A stretch of DNA of 55,880 nucleotides, taken from Clostridia bacterium (GTDB lineage Bacteria; Bacillota; Clostridia; Oscillospirales; UBA644). Position numbers and translations under genes: made by a program. Positions 55,776-55,880 of this stretch are shown one piece after another (within the stretch, counting starts at the first letter, position 1; every line of letters starts with the position of its first letter). The notes beneath the pieces are model-generated. The model worked only from the letters and a program-made list of their open reading frames with translations. It did no database searches and was not told where the DNA came from. The DNA lies in the NCBI GenBank assembly GCA_017441125.1, contig JAFSAH010000028.1, positions 1 through 55,880 on the forward strand. The letters run 5' to 3'.

Positions 55776-55880
55776 CTTTGTCCTCCAAATTATAAAATTC
55801 GGAATTGTGCTTTAAATCAAGCACAAATCAATTAAATTAAACATATAAAATATGCTTAATAAGTTACTTAATTAATAAGG

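Noticed and set aside
1-55880. A search for CRISPR arrays, tRNA or rRNA genes, transposases or integrases, prophage or defence islands, and toxin-antitoxin pairs.
   Set aside because: No spaced direct-repeat array was seen, and no GC-rich cloverleaf-like intergenic segment. The long intergenic regions are AT-rich. No recombinase, transposase or nuclease-helicase defence signatures appear among the translated ORFs. The only tandem repeat is the in-frame 4 x 69 nt repeat inside PBP1A. tRNA absence was judged by eye and should be confirmed with tRNAscan-SE.

Overview
AT-rich (about 40% GC by eye) chromosomal core region. Gene content and order look like a spore-forming Clostridia-class Firmicute, possibly Oscillospiraceae/Ruminococcaceae-like; this is inference only. 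The window is densely packed with housekeeping genes.

Plus strand, left half: argS (5'-truncated by the window edge), rlmB, yebC, maf, mreBCD, PBP2, a MinD-like gene, an mgsA-like gene, hisS-aspS, a GldA/F/G-like ABC operon with a DUF4340 gene, thrS, a GNAT, HtrA and a SpoVB/MurJ-family flippase.

Minus-strand block: rsuA, hslO, a methyltransferase, yerC, a PBP5-type carboxypeptidase, DedA, MATE and ispD.

Mixed-strand segment: fucI, rpe, ymdB, serC-serA, tgt, rqcH, nif3 and trmK.

Right end, envelope/surface group: a SIS-domain sugar isomerase gene, then a three-LamG-domain anchored protein, a class A PBP with a tandem-repeat tail and a cohesin-domain secreted protein.

I found no tRNA or rRNA genes, CRISPR array, transposase, integrase or recognisable defence system, and no convincing self-contained novel system.

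The observations most worth follow-up are:
(i) Several enzyme homologues whose catalytic motifs look eroded in by-eye alignment: a P-type-ATPase look-alike, an MGS-like protein, a second PBP5 paralogue and an isochorismatase-like protein.
(ii) A MinD-like gene that can only start at CTG and has no adjacent minC or minE.
(iii) A small-ORF island at 37.3-38.3 kb containing a 41-aa Cys-rich membrane peptide that is below the ORF-track cutoff.
(iv) A consensus promoter plus a perfect 16-bp palindrome in front of serC-serA.
(v) The LamG / PBP1A-with-repeats / cohesin surface gene group.

All motif alignments were done by eye without tools and need HMM or structure confirmation.
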